Below, piece by piece: positions 1 to 11,497 of a DNA stretch of 64,000 nucleotides; position 1 is the stretch's first letter; every line of letters starts with the position of its first letter. This DNA is from Laetmonice hystrix (Eukaryota), in the NCBI GenBank assembly GCA_965235115.1, contig OZ249436.1, positions 40,178,001 to 40,242,000 on the forward strand. The letters run 5' to 3'. A program made the translations under genes and the position numbers. The notes under the pieces are model-generated. The model was not told the origin of the DNA, ran no database searches, and saw nothing but the letters and a program-made list of their open reading frames with translations.

Positions 1-310
1 ATACATACATACATACATACATACATACATACATACATACATACATACATACATACATACATACATACATACATACATACATACATACATACATACATAC
101 ATACATACATACATACATACATACATACATACATACATACATACATACATACATACATACATACATACATACATACATACATACATACATACATACATAC
201 ATACATACATACATACATACATACACCCATACACACATACATACATACATACATACATACATACATACATACATACATACATACATACATACATACATAC
301 ATCTACATAC
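1..310. repeat. (ATAC)n microsatellite, runs off the window start
   Basis: Nearly pure atac tandem array with a few substitutions. Confidence 0.99.
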
Positions 311-373
311 ACTTTATACAAACATACCGTAGTATCAAGTAGTACATGCTTTAACCATGTTACTACTTATATA

Positions 374-605
374 CCGTACCCAGGGGGGTTCCAGGGGTTC
401 CGACTGGGTCGAGCTGCCCTTTGCCCATGCTGTGAACCCCTTTCCATCAGAATTTTAATCTCCAGATGCCGGAAAGTTTTGACCTTTAAAACTGACAGGG
501 CCTCAGACCCCCCCCCCCCCCCCCCCCCCCGAACGAGTTGCTCCTTCGGCGCTCGCGGCCTTACATGGACCCTCCTCCTTCAGGTCAATCCTGGGTACGG
601 GCCTG
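374..605. mobile_element. Short CAG-terminal MITE, left end truncated; same family as 47822-47982
   Basis: ccgtacccagg...cctgggtacgggcctg inverted ends; shares gggttccaggggttccg with the 47822 copy. Confidence 0.6.
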
Positions 606-688
606 CGGATGGCATGCATAGTTCCCCCTTTTCATGTGACACGTCATCTCATGATATCCTGAGGTTGCGTTTTTTTCTTTTTGGCTAG

Positions 689-1241
689 CAGCCTGTATAC
701 AGATGTCCTTAGACAGTCAAGGAATATCAACATGCAGGATCGAAAGAACTGGCAACGTGTGAAGGAATTTGTCAATAAACACGCTTACTATTGGACCAAA
801 GGTAGTCCGTGTAGGGCTTGTGTTGTATTCAACTACGACATCCAACCGTTTATACTTTATCAATAAGGATGATAGACTGAGAGTGGTGAGGAAACTTGAA
901 ATACCTTGAAAAGGCCACCAATACGACCGAGAGACTAAAGCTGATGACTGGGGATCAGTTTGTGTGGGTCTGAGGGGACCGTGACGGTATCCCCAATGTT
1001 GACGGGGTCTCCACCATTGGTCCTCAGTCGACCGTCCTCTGTGCTGTCCAGGCACGGTGTGAGGACTTCACTATTGTCATCATCGGCGTCACTGAAAAGG
1101 TCAATGTCACCGAGTTAAGATGTCAAGCGAACCACAACTCGAAAACCAAAACTGGTTCCGCATAGCCGATTTTCAGCTCCTCTGTTGTTCAAAATGCCAT
1201 GAGCAGTCTTTGTAGGCAACGTTCGACCCTACCGGCGTTTG
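689..1241 (+). pseudogene. Decayed VWA-domain exon (frameshifts, stop)
   Basis: Pyrimidine tract + AG at 688 and GTGAGT at 1242. Pieces in shifting frames read LDSQG, DRKNWQRVKEFV, TIGPKVVRVGLVLYST, GDRDGIPNV, IVIIGVTEKVNVTELR, ADFQLL, collinear with the intact VWA exons downstream. Confidence 0.8.
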
Positions 1242-1653
1242 GTGAGTAGAGGCGTCTATACACAGGTCTTCACGGCCTTCTACATGCTCGCCTTGACAAC
1301 CTAGACTAAACCCTGCTTATAATATTGTGAGTTGTTCTCTCTATAGACTGCAACAGCTGCATTTCTGACCAGTCGCCCTAACTGTCCGATCTCTGGGCAG
1401 TCGGTTCAAGGAAGACACAAGTCAGTATTTCCTACTTTCTACGGTTTGCACTCCAGCCAAGCCTTGCTTTCATATCATACCTCGAAGGACACGAAATGAC
1501 AACAGGAAACTGACCTACGCAACTGTTGACAGTCATGTCTCCTCACTCCACAAGTGGCCATCTGAACTCGAGACAGTTGGGATGAGACTGGTGGTCTACA
1601 TCCGTTACAACATCCTTATTCATTTCACTTTTTACTCTTCTGGTTGCTTTCAG

Positions 1654-2253
1654 CCCCTGGCCGTTGTACAGTAATAGTCGACATCGTATTTATTCTCGAC
1701 GCGTCGGTATCGGTTGGGCAAACGAATTGGTACACACTCATACAGATTCTTCTCGACGTTTTGCGAACTTTTGACATGGGACGCGACAGGGTTCAAGTTG
1801 GTATTGTGAGGTTTGATACAACAGCTTCCATAGAAATACCACTTGGACAAACGAGTAACAGAAACGAATTGAAGCAGAGGCTACTCCGGATACAATACAC
1901 AGGGACGGGATCTAACATTGCCGAAGGTTTCAGGCAAGCGAGAGAAACGTTCACAAGAAGAGGTCGGCAAGGAGTCTCAAGGGTGGCAGTGCTGTTTGCA
2001 GACGGTCAGGCCATAAATGACGCTGGCCGGACAGTATCCGAAGCTAACTTGTTGAAGGCCCAGAACGTTAGAGTCATTACTGTTGGGTTGACAGATTATG
2101 TTGATCTCAACCAGCTCAGAGCTATCGCCTCCAGCGATAGTTTGTATATACAGGTTGCCGACTTCCACGACCTTGAAAACCGCGTGGCGTACATACAGCA
2201 GGTGACCTGTCCACCACCCCCACCTCGTCCCTCTCCACGTCCGTTCTCATCAA
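1654..2253 (+). CDS. VWA/EGF/TM protein, exon A: VWA domain + Pro-rich linker
   Basis: ttgctttcag acceptor at 1653; DIVFILDASVS (MIDAS DxSxS), RVQVGIVRF, VAVLFADG; phase-1 donor gtaatt at 2254 (weaker alternative donor after 2238). Confidence 0.9.
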
Positions 2254-3446
2254 GTAATTAAATATTATACTTACCTACTGACACTAATCACCGCAGGCCA
2301 TGGGTCACGCCTCTCGTCTGGTGGTAGGGTGGCAGGTTTCGGAATGCGTTTACTGTGTCTGCCCGTGTACGCAGATGCGTTTTTAAAAAAAAATTATTTT
2401 TATTAACCAAATTTTATTTAATTTTGAACGGGGAAAAACTACATAGGAGAACCGGGGGTATCTCACCGTGTTATGCTTGTTTTCGTTCACCATGGCGCTA
2501 GATTAGAGCAAAAGATCACAGCTTCCGGTTCCCACTAAATGTAACACTACTTTGGGTTCAGGTAACGTCCAGACGGTACATCCGGCGCTATATCGCACAT
2601 ATCTAGGCGTGAAGATTGATTTTTTTGGAGGGGATATCAATGTTCATGCTTTTTTTCAATACAGAGACTGTTAGGCGAAAGGGGGAGACATTAAGTAAAT
2701 AAACTGACCTTTATTATGATTTTTTTTCTTACTGCTAGATTCTTAGACTACCAACTAGGCGTGAAAGTCAAGGACTTCCTCGCTTGTGACAGGTTCATTC
2801 TGCCTGACTGGTGCGAAGTTGGTTATGTGTCAAAATGTATGCTAAAATATTCTTTTAAAAAATTGCAGGCCTAACTTATCCCTCCCAAAGATTTTTTTTT
2901 AATACAGCATGAAATCTAACCTTCAATGCATAGCGTGGCTTTATGTGGCTAACTAAAAGCTCAGATTGCCAAGGACGTGCACTTGGGAGGTCTGTAAAGT
3001 TAGGCCTAAATGACCACATGCAGCAATGGGTGAAGTACTCTGCATGTATGTGCATGACTGCACGAAGTTCACAACAGTGGTGACGGGGTGATTGCCTGCA
3101 TGTGCCCAGAAGATGACTCGAATATCAGCCGTTGCAAGGGAACATTTTCATACCCATACATCATCATCATTATCATCGATGCAGTCACCCTTCACAATAA
3201 GTGTCGGATTTGTTATTGCTCCACATTCTCCCTTTCTCCCCGTCATTAAATAGAACCAGCTGGGAAAAGGAGTTTTAACATGTCACTTGTAGGCCTACTC
3301 TGTTCAGTTTTCCGTCTTTTGCACAATGATATTTCATGTTTCGCAGATCATCACTGGCCAAGTAAAGTTCATCATGGACGGCAGAAACTTAAGTTAAAAC
3401 ACGTTCAAATTATTTATTTGATCTTTTTTTTTTTTGCTCCTTGCAG

Positions 3447-4007
3447 CACGTTTCTGTAGATCGTCGGCAGATATTATATTTATTACCGATAGCTCTGGAT
3501 CCATCGGCCAGGCAAACTGGGACATATTCATAAGGTTTATAGTAGACGTCATAAGTGGATTTAACATCGGACCGGATATGGTCATGATTGGGGTGGTCAG
3601 GTTTGATCGCACAGCAACAACAGAAATCCGGCTGGGAGAGTTTACGGATATGACGTCACTGGCGGATGCTGTACGTCGTATTCAGTACACGGGGTTGCAG
3701 ACGAACATTGCCGACGGCCTGCGGAAAGCGCGGGAAGATTTCGACGATAACGGCCGGCCTGGCGTTCCCAGAGTTGCCGTTCTATTCACGGATGGTGAAG
3801 CCACCGAGGAAACTGACCAAACGGTTCCCGAGGCCGATCGACTGAAGGCCGTAGGGGCCCGACTAAGCACAGTGGGGGTCACTGGTAACGTTGACGAGGA
3901 CCAACTTCGTGCCATCGCCACCGACGGCGCGGACACAATCTTTGCCACTGATTTCAATGACCTTCGCAATCTCCTCACGAACGTCCAGCAAGTGGCATGT
4001 CCACAAC
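3447..4007 (+). CDS. VWA/EGF/TM protein, exon B: VWA domain
   Basis: T-tract-ttgcag acceptor; DIIFITDSSGSIG, TNIADGL, VAVLFTDG; phase-1 donor gtaatt at 4008. Confidence 0.92.
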
Positions 4008-5136
4008 GTAATTATGACTTTTATTTACAGTGATGGGGAGGCTGGTGTTGGCAGGTGGTAATGGTCCTAGAGAGACAGGGAGGCTCCGAGTGGTGGTGGA
4101 ATGAATGGACCGGGAAAAGGTGCAGATATTTCTTACAGCCGCGGTAATAAAAATTGCCCATGCAAGATAGACATGCATAATGCGAAGCGTTCGTGACATT
4201 CGGGCTTTGAACTTTGAAAACGTTTTCATCTGTGACTTATACATGACGGAAAATAGTTATAACTCAGCCGATAATCATGGAGCTGCTTTTTTCACTTGGC
4301 ATGGCATGTTGCGCAACTGGTATGTCACTCATATAGTTCTATATCATTTCAGAGAACGGCACGACGTTATTATATTGGTGCTTATTCTAATCCCTTTTAG
4401 TATTTCCTTCATCCCCGAAACTTCCCTTCAAAACTAACCATTTCCTCAGTTTTACTTTAGAAATCACCAGGTTGTATTGAACAGACACGTAATTCATATA
4501 GAGGCCACTTTTAACAAACCTCGACCAAATGATTAAGCTTTTTTCGCTTTACGCTTTACGCCGGTAACATTCAATCCGTAGGCGCTGCGAAAAAAAAATT
4601 GATGGTCTATTGACTTTTTACCTAGTCCCAGTTAACTCCGTCTATAACACGCATGAAAAGTGAAGGAGTTGACACTCGGCTGCACTGTTGTGAACCTGAA
4701 ACATGAGGCCTCAATCATTGTGAACCCTCTCCATGAATTCCCGCACAAGGTGTTGAGATTAGCGAAACACTTTTGTATAATAGATACCTAACAGTAACAT
4801 GGAACTTTTGTTTTATTTATGTCACATACCCCCATTTGAGGAAAAGGGTGGAGTTTTAGTCCCACGCCTCATGTATACAAAGAATGATACAATTTGTGTG
4901 CGACCTTCATCCGCTGAAGACTTTCTTCTTTTTGTTTCTTTTTACTTTCATATAGTTTATAATAATTATTTACACTGTAATTACAGCCATGTGTTTTGGC
5001 ATTCCATTACTAAGCAGGTCTCTTTTTAAATTTTCCTTATAAAGTAAAGGAGTTTTCATTTCTTTCTTTGATCTATTTCCGTGACGAATGAAGTGATGAA
5101 TTCGTGACTCTAATCTTCTATTCTATACGGTTCCAG

Positions 5137-5715
5137 CCCCACCTTGTAGGGAAGGTGCCGACATTATCTTTATCCTGGATGCTTCCGCCTCTATTGGACA
5201 GGAAAACTGGGATATATTTAAACGATTCATAGTTGATTTGACAGCAGGATTCGATGTAATGTCTGATCGAGTTCGTATTGGTGTAGTAAAATTTGACAAT
5301 AACGCCACAGTCGAAGTAGAGCTGAAGCAATTCCGAACCGTCGACGCCTTAATAGATGCCATCCTACAAATAAGTTACACGGGGTTAGGAACAAATATTG
5401 CTGACGGTCTGAGAACGACACGGAGCATGTTTAATCGGCTGGGACGGCCGGGTGTTCCGAGAGTCGCTGTTTTGTTTACGGACGGTGAAGCCACCGAGGA
5501 GCCAGGTCAAACAGAACCCGAAGCCGACCGTCTAAAGAACGCGGACGTACGTCTGAGCACGGTTGGCATCACAGCAGATGTCAATGTGAACCAGCTGCGC
5601 AGAATCTCAACAGATGCCCAAGACACTGTCCTAGCTGCAGACTTTCTGGATCTCCGCAACCTTCTCACGAGTATTCAACAGCTAGCTTGTCCAACAACAT
5701 CCTCACAGACACAAC
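5137..5715 (+). CDS. VWA/EGF/TM protein, exon C: VWA domain
   Basis: ttccag acceptor at 5136; DIIFILDASASIG, TNIADGL, VAVLFTDG; phase-1 donor gtaaat at 5716. Confidence 0.92.
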
Positions 5716-6975
5716 GTAAATGTCATAGCAAACAATATTCTGATTTGGCGGTTCGCGCGAATCTCTTCTGCTGCTTCACATACCTTGTACATTTAGAGGC
5801 CGGCAACGCCGACTAATCGCTGCGATGGTGATTGGGAATATCTATCAGTCTTTTTCCTTACTCGCGCGAACCAGATCCTCTGTCACGTGTGTAGTCGTAT
5901 TGATACGGGGCAACATGATCTTTCCACCTGTACAATTCGATTCCATATTTTACTGAAATATTCATCAGTACACGCAACCTGGGACGTTCCGTCCACCATT
6001 ATAAAATCTGGTCATTCCAGGCTTCCAAAAGTAGGTCAACACATTTGAAATCCCATAAGTCATAAGGTCATACCTGTATTCCACTTGTGGCTCAATTAAA
6101 TGTGTTATTTTCATAACAGCTTCTCCATTTACAAACTTATAAATCGCTCGCCTCCGCCAAGTACGATCGGCTGGTCAGCTGGGATGTACATACAGCTTCT
6201 GCCTTTGTCATTTACACTTTGCAAAATTTCTTTCCGATTTCCCTGTTGAAGATTTCTGCAGCAAAAATGCAGTGTTGACGACCTAATTACTGGTGCAAAT
6301 ACGATGGAAGATAATAAATTTGTTACACTAAAGATGTTTCTGCGAGGATACTGCTTCAAGACAGTCAATCGGCAGTAAAATGCGCGCTGCAGAAGGGTCC
6401 TGCCGAGATAAAAGCGCAACTTGTAGCCTCATAATAAAACATTTATTTAACAGGCGCTGTGTTTGCGTAGGATACTAAGATGTTGAAGCACAATGTGTCT
6501 AACAGTTGCTTTTACTGTCACCCGTCCATTATATGTGTCGTCGCTAACGTTTACACTGTAGTTGTTGTACCATGCTTTCTGGTGCCAGCGCCAACTCATT
6601 GTGCTTCATGTTGACTGCTTTAATTCTGATACATTTGAATATTATGTACATAAAATTGTTTGATTGGTATATAGTCTATTCCTATTAGAAACAATTTGTT
6701 TATCATTAGAAAACCATATTGCAATAGGGCTCTAGGTTGAACTTTAAAACGAACTTTCACTTTTTACTCTATCAAAGATTGTTTTCATAGAAAAATGTGT
6801 AATCTTAACCATACCAATTACTGTTAAATGTGTTTTAGTTCAATTTAAATGATCTTCCTATATAAATGCTCGTTATAAATGAATCGAAATTTGTGTTATA
6901 TTTATCATGTCCGTTCTTTTAACTATGTTTGTATATCAAAGTTGATATTAACCCGATGACTAAATTATGATGCAG

Positions 6976-7071
6976 CTGACAACCTTTACTGTCGTGAGAC
7001 ACCTGAAGGCATCATATGCTTCTGCCTTACTGTCAACCCAATTGTACCAATAAACGGCAGCGAGTGCATTG
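6976..7071 (+). CDS. VWA/EGF/TM protein, exon D: partial EGF-like Cys module
   Basis: tgcag acceptor; DNLYCRETPEGIICFCLTVNPIVPINGSECI; G|GTGAGT donor; 96 nt, phase 1-1; below the ORF-track length cutoff. Confidence 0.8.
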
Positions 7072-7081
7072 GTGAGTATTG

Positions 7082-7201
7082 TGTCAGACCAAGTGGATTC
7101 TGTCAGACCAAGTGGATTCTGTCAGACCAAATGGATTCTGTCAGTCCATGTGGATTCTGTCAGACCAAGTGCATTCCGTTAGACCAAGTGGATTCAGTTA
7201 G
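7082..7201. repeat. 19-bp intronic minisatellite (~6 copies)
   Basis: tgtcagaccaagtggattc repeated, with variants. Confidence 0.9.
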
Positions 7202-7313
7202 AGGACCTGCTTAATTCCATCGGTGGCGGTCGCCACATAAGATCTTCATTCTATCCTATGACATTTTGCCCATCTATGACGGGGATTATATTTGTAATAT
7301 TTGGATAATATAT

Positions 7314-7589
7314 CAGTGGCGTATCCAGAACTTTTTAAGGGGGGTTACCGAAGTTTAGGTACTTCAGAGATTGCCATTATGCCATGCTCCTCTAGGGATT
7401 TTTTTTTAAAGACACCATATAATGCCCTCTCGGGACATCTTGCGTGGAAATATTATGGTTTCCTTTGGTTAAAATAACGCATTTTACACACACACTTTTT
7501 TTTACAAAAATGTCCTTAATATAATAATTTTTTCAAGGGGTGGGGGTGGGGGGTCCGGGTTACTTGCAAACCCCCTGGATACGCTACTG
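7314..7589. mobile_element. CAGTGGCG-terminal MITE (hAT-like) with 5-bp TSD
   Basis: cagtggcgtatccag...ctggatacgctactg; flanks tatat/tatat. Confidence 0.8.
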
Positions 7590-7639
7590 TATATTGTATA
7601 CTTTTTACACAAATAGCTCCAACGTACCTTGTCTTTTAG

Positions 7640-7762
7640 ATATCAACGAGTGTGAGATCAACAATGGCGGCTGTGACGGCAGATGCGAGAACTTTGGCGG
7701 CAGCTTCCGGTGCTCGTGCTTCACCGGCTTCCGGCTGAACGCCAACCAACGGGCGTGTGATG
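7640..7762 (+). CDS. VWA/EGF/TM protein, exon E: calcium-binding EGF
   Basis: cttttag acceptor; DINECEINNGGCDGRCENFGGSFRCSCFTGFRLNANQRACD (6 Cys); donor G|GCAAGT. Confidence 0.9.
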
Positions 7763-7933
7763 GCAAGTTGTCTTTACCTTCCAAAAATAATAAATTATGT
7801 CTGTTATAGCAATTTTCTAAGGCTTAATATTAAGCTGGAGCATGTATACTTCTGAGACTGCAGGAGATGTGGGCAAAGCCCTTGAGTGTTTCTTTTCAGT
7901 CGTATGGATAAGTTACACCGTTTCTTTTTCCAG

Positions 7934-8032
7934 ACATCAACGAATGTCGCGAGACGCCTAATATCTGTGGCAGCCTGGGCCGCTGTGTCAACACCAGAGG
8001 TGGACACTACTGTATATCGGGTGTCAATAGAG
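7934..8032 (+). CDS. VWA/EGF/TM protein, exon F: truncated cbEGF (4 Cys)
   Basis: tttccag acceptor; DINECRETPNICGSLGRCVNTRGGHYCISGVNR; AG|GTAAGT donor. Confidence 0.88.
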
Positions 8033-8329
8033 GTAAGTACTTCCGCTCTTCCTGGTTCTACAAAGGTTTTGTCATTATGGAGTATATGTATTTGTCAGTC
8101 GAGAACATTTATTTGTCATGGGGCATATAGGAAGATGGCTGATAGTTGTGCGATGGAATTAGGCCTGTATATTGCCATGGGAAAAGAAACGGTGTACAGA
8201 GACGTTCTTTGCGGCTAACAAATAATTTAGGTTCCTGCGCCCAAATACAATAGAAAGATCTTAAAGAAATGGATGAGAAAGGTACAAAAAATTGTTTCCT
8301 CATACCAAAATTTGCCTGTGCTATTTCAG

Positions 8330-8643
8330 AGGTGTTCCAGTCTCAGACAGGCTTGGCCGCCGTCGGCTCCCTTGGCGGGAGCAGCGCGGGAACCATCGCT
8401 GCTATAGTTCTTTCTGCAATCAACGTCATCATCTTGGTAGGCGTTGCAGCAAAATGCGCCCGCGACCGACGTGCCGCCAAAACCAAGAAGCCAACGCTCT
8501 CTGGGAACACCAACGGGGCCTTCCGAGCTGAAGCTGGGACCCTCAAAAGCTTCAATTCATTGTCCTCGAAATTCTCGGGGCCTTCACTAGGCTCAGTCAG
8601 TGAGGATAGCGAATCGGTTTCGTCATATTCTACGTCATCTTAA
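8330..8643 (+). CDS. VWA/EGF/TM protein, last exon: TM helix + Ser-rich cytoplasmic tail
   Basis: atttcag acceptor, phase 1; TIAAIVLSAINVIILVGVAA followed by basic KCARDRR; TAA at 8641-8643. Confidence 0.87.
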
Positions 8644-11057
8644 TGCAGACGTGTGCTGCATTAATTAAATATAATTTAAGCACAAAGAGGGAATCAAGTA
8701 TAATTAATTCTAGCAGTGTTTTGAGTAGATATTCGTGGTGGGAAACACTTGGTAATTATTATATGCTGAAGTGTATAGCGTAAAGTCGATCTTAAGTCCC
8801 TAGGTTTACAAGATAGATGGTTGTTCTGATGAGTATAATGAAAAGGCGAGATACAAGAACTATGGCGTATGTTGGGATTGTGTGTCGTATCGCGTGTGCA
8901 TGAGCCACCCGAGACCACGGATAAAGCTCTTGCTCCTGTTTCGGTAAAAACGGGTCGCGGATATTAGGAGTAGACCTATACTTTAGTCCAGACGATTTAC
9001 GGTAAAAATCCGACATATAGGTACACGGTCAGAAATCAGGGTTGTACCAGCACCTTGTGGGGGCAGACAGTTAGTCCCCCATTCCCCTCAGTGATTTGGA
9101 AGAAAAATGCCTTTTTGACAAGGCGTTGTTCTTTGTAAGAGAAATCTATTCTGTTAATGACTAATGTCGCTCGAAAAAGTTGGATTGCCCCCCCCCCCCC
9201 CCCCCCAGCAGTGTTTGTCTGTGTATGGCCCTGAAAAGGTCCCGATATCTTGTTATTCAGATTTCACGTATAAAAGAATCTAGCAAACACATCTGGCTCT
9301 AAATGCAGTTGTCCGCGAGAACAGCCCATCGATATTGGTCCAAATCCATTGTCAGGCCAATCATCGACATCAAACTCAAAGTGAAGATGCACATGTATTG
9401 AGAATATGGCGTAGTTTTTCAACCAGTATCATGGTATAGAGGCATTTGTCTCGAAAACACGTATTTTTATCCAGCATTATCATTAAGAGAAAAAAAACAT
9501 GTGAGAGGAAAAAAAAACATAGGAATGTTACCAGGCATGGTTACTTCATAGTGGGTCTGTGAAACCATACTTACACACGAAGGAAGATTGCGTGAGCGTC
9601 TTCTGTCCGGTGATAGCTCCGTGAAAGGTTCAGCTTTCAATCTTCGTTTCTATATTATGTGACATGTAACAAGACCGTATATCTATACTTGATGTTTTGG
9701 TGACCTTTTCAAAAGAGCGCGTGACTGTCCTGCATGTAGATTTCTTCGTCAACCTACATAGGCCTATTAATTGTACGCTTGTAGGGTAAATTACTGACAT
9801 GGAATAAAAGTGAAGGATACTAAGCTTCTGTTGTTTGTTTTCATTAATTGTTTTGTGAAACAAGTTTGCCTGTATGTGGGCCAGTTTTTCTAGAAATGTA
9901 CAATTCTCCCTCAGCGGCCAAGAGAACATGGAATTTTAAAAACTTTTCCCAACCAATATCATTTGCATTGATTACGATAAAGGAACATTTTAGCTTTCTG
10001 AAAAAGTTAGTTATACTCAGGAATTCCCATCCAGTCAGTTTTTAGAGCCTTCAAAAAAGGTCCTCCGTTTTCGTGGAACGTGAGTAAGATTTTGGACATA
10101 GCTTCAGATATTTGCATTTCCCTTCTCTTGTATTTAAAGGGAATAGAAAAGTTCCTCACTAACGTACCTTTGAACACCAGTAACACCATATAAAGTGTCT
10201 AAGGTCACACCGACAAGTGGAACACTGTCAACGGCGACTTTTTAAAAATACCGCCCGAGTCATTCGTTATTTCCCACGCGAGACAGCGGGAGCTCTATCT
10301 ATTAATAGATTGAGATAAGGGCCAAATAGGGTAAACAAACCGACGAAGCCAGCGGGAGAATGTCTCTACATTTCGGTTGATTATTCATTTATTAAAGATC
10401 AGATAATCACAGAATTGTAGGTAAGAACAAGCTTGTTCATGCTGAACACCCTTATATTGATAGTTTGAACTTTTCTATTTCCTTTAAATGAACAAAGTTA
10501 TATTTGGTCCATTAAATGTTAACAAAATTCCACTTCAAAACCAATCAACTATCCAGGGGTTGGGGCCTGTTCTACTTTTGGAATGTGCTTTTGGCATCTC
10601 AAAAGGCCACCAGCCACTAGATAAGAGGCTGGACACAAAAGGACTGTCATTCGTTGGTCCCCGGGTCGGTATTCAACCCAGCCATGTCCAGCACCCAAAA
10701 AAATGGAATATGTCAGAATGACTAAAAAAAATAAATTTCTAAATTTGGATTCATTTCTGTGGTATATCTAAAGGTAATACATAAACACATCTGAATTTAG
10801 AATATTATTGGGATTCCCGATTCATGAATTTATGCATTTTTCTCAGCGTTTACATTTATGAAAAGGCCAAACATAGGTTCAGTTTATAGAAGAGATAATG
10901 AACAAATGAATTAATTGTGTTTAATAATAACTGATAAGATCACAGCACTTCAAAACAGCGATGACCTGAGTCGTTTGAAAGCAGCCGGCGAAATGCCTGC
11001 TGTATTACCGCTCAAGCACGAAGCACGATTGGAAACATCAATCTTTCCCAAAGTTAA

Positions 11058-11497
11058 AGGCAGGGTAAACATCCACGGCAAATAAGGTTTCGTAGACCAA
11101 ATGAAACACCAGCATTTACCTCAGGGCAATATTGACACAATTACATTGTCTGAACGAAGTAATTAACGTGTAACTACCCGATGTGTGACGCAACTGGTTC
11201 TGCTTGTGTGTTCAACACCTCGGACGTTCACAAACGTTGGGACTCCAAACATCGTGTAGACAAGGTCTGTGAGCAGAGTAACACGTAATATTACGCAATA
11301 CGCCGCGGTGTGCAGCATTCGGCTCTGATGAACACACAAGAAGGTCAAGGTCAGAACCAGCGGCGTCATACATCAGGCGGTTACACGTTAATTACTTCAT
11401 TCTGACAACGTAAGTGTGGCATTTATTGCCCTCAGTTAAATGCTGCTGTTTCATTTGGTCTATGAAACCTTATTTACCGTGGATGTTTACCCTCCCT
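11058..11497. mobile_element. Foldback MITE with TTAA TSD (Kolobok-like)
   Basis: ttaa|aggcagggtaaacatccacgg...ccgtggatgtttaccctccct|ttaa; ~150-bp imperfect inverted arms. Confidence 0.8.

Noticed and set aside
8820..8865. CTGATGAG...GAAA as a minimal hammerhead ribozyme in the 3' UTR
   Set aside because: Stems II and III and the UH cleavage site cannot be formed convincingly.
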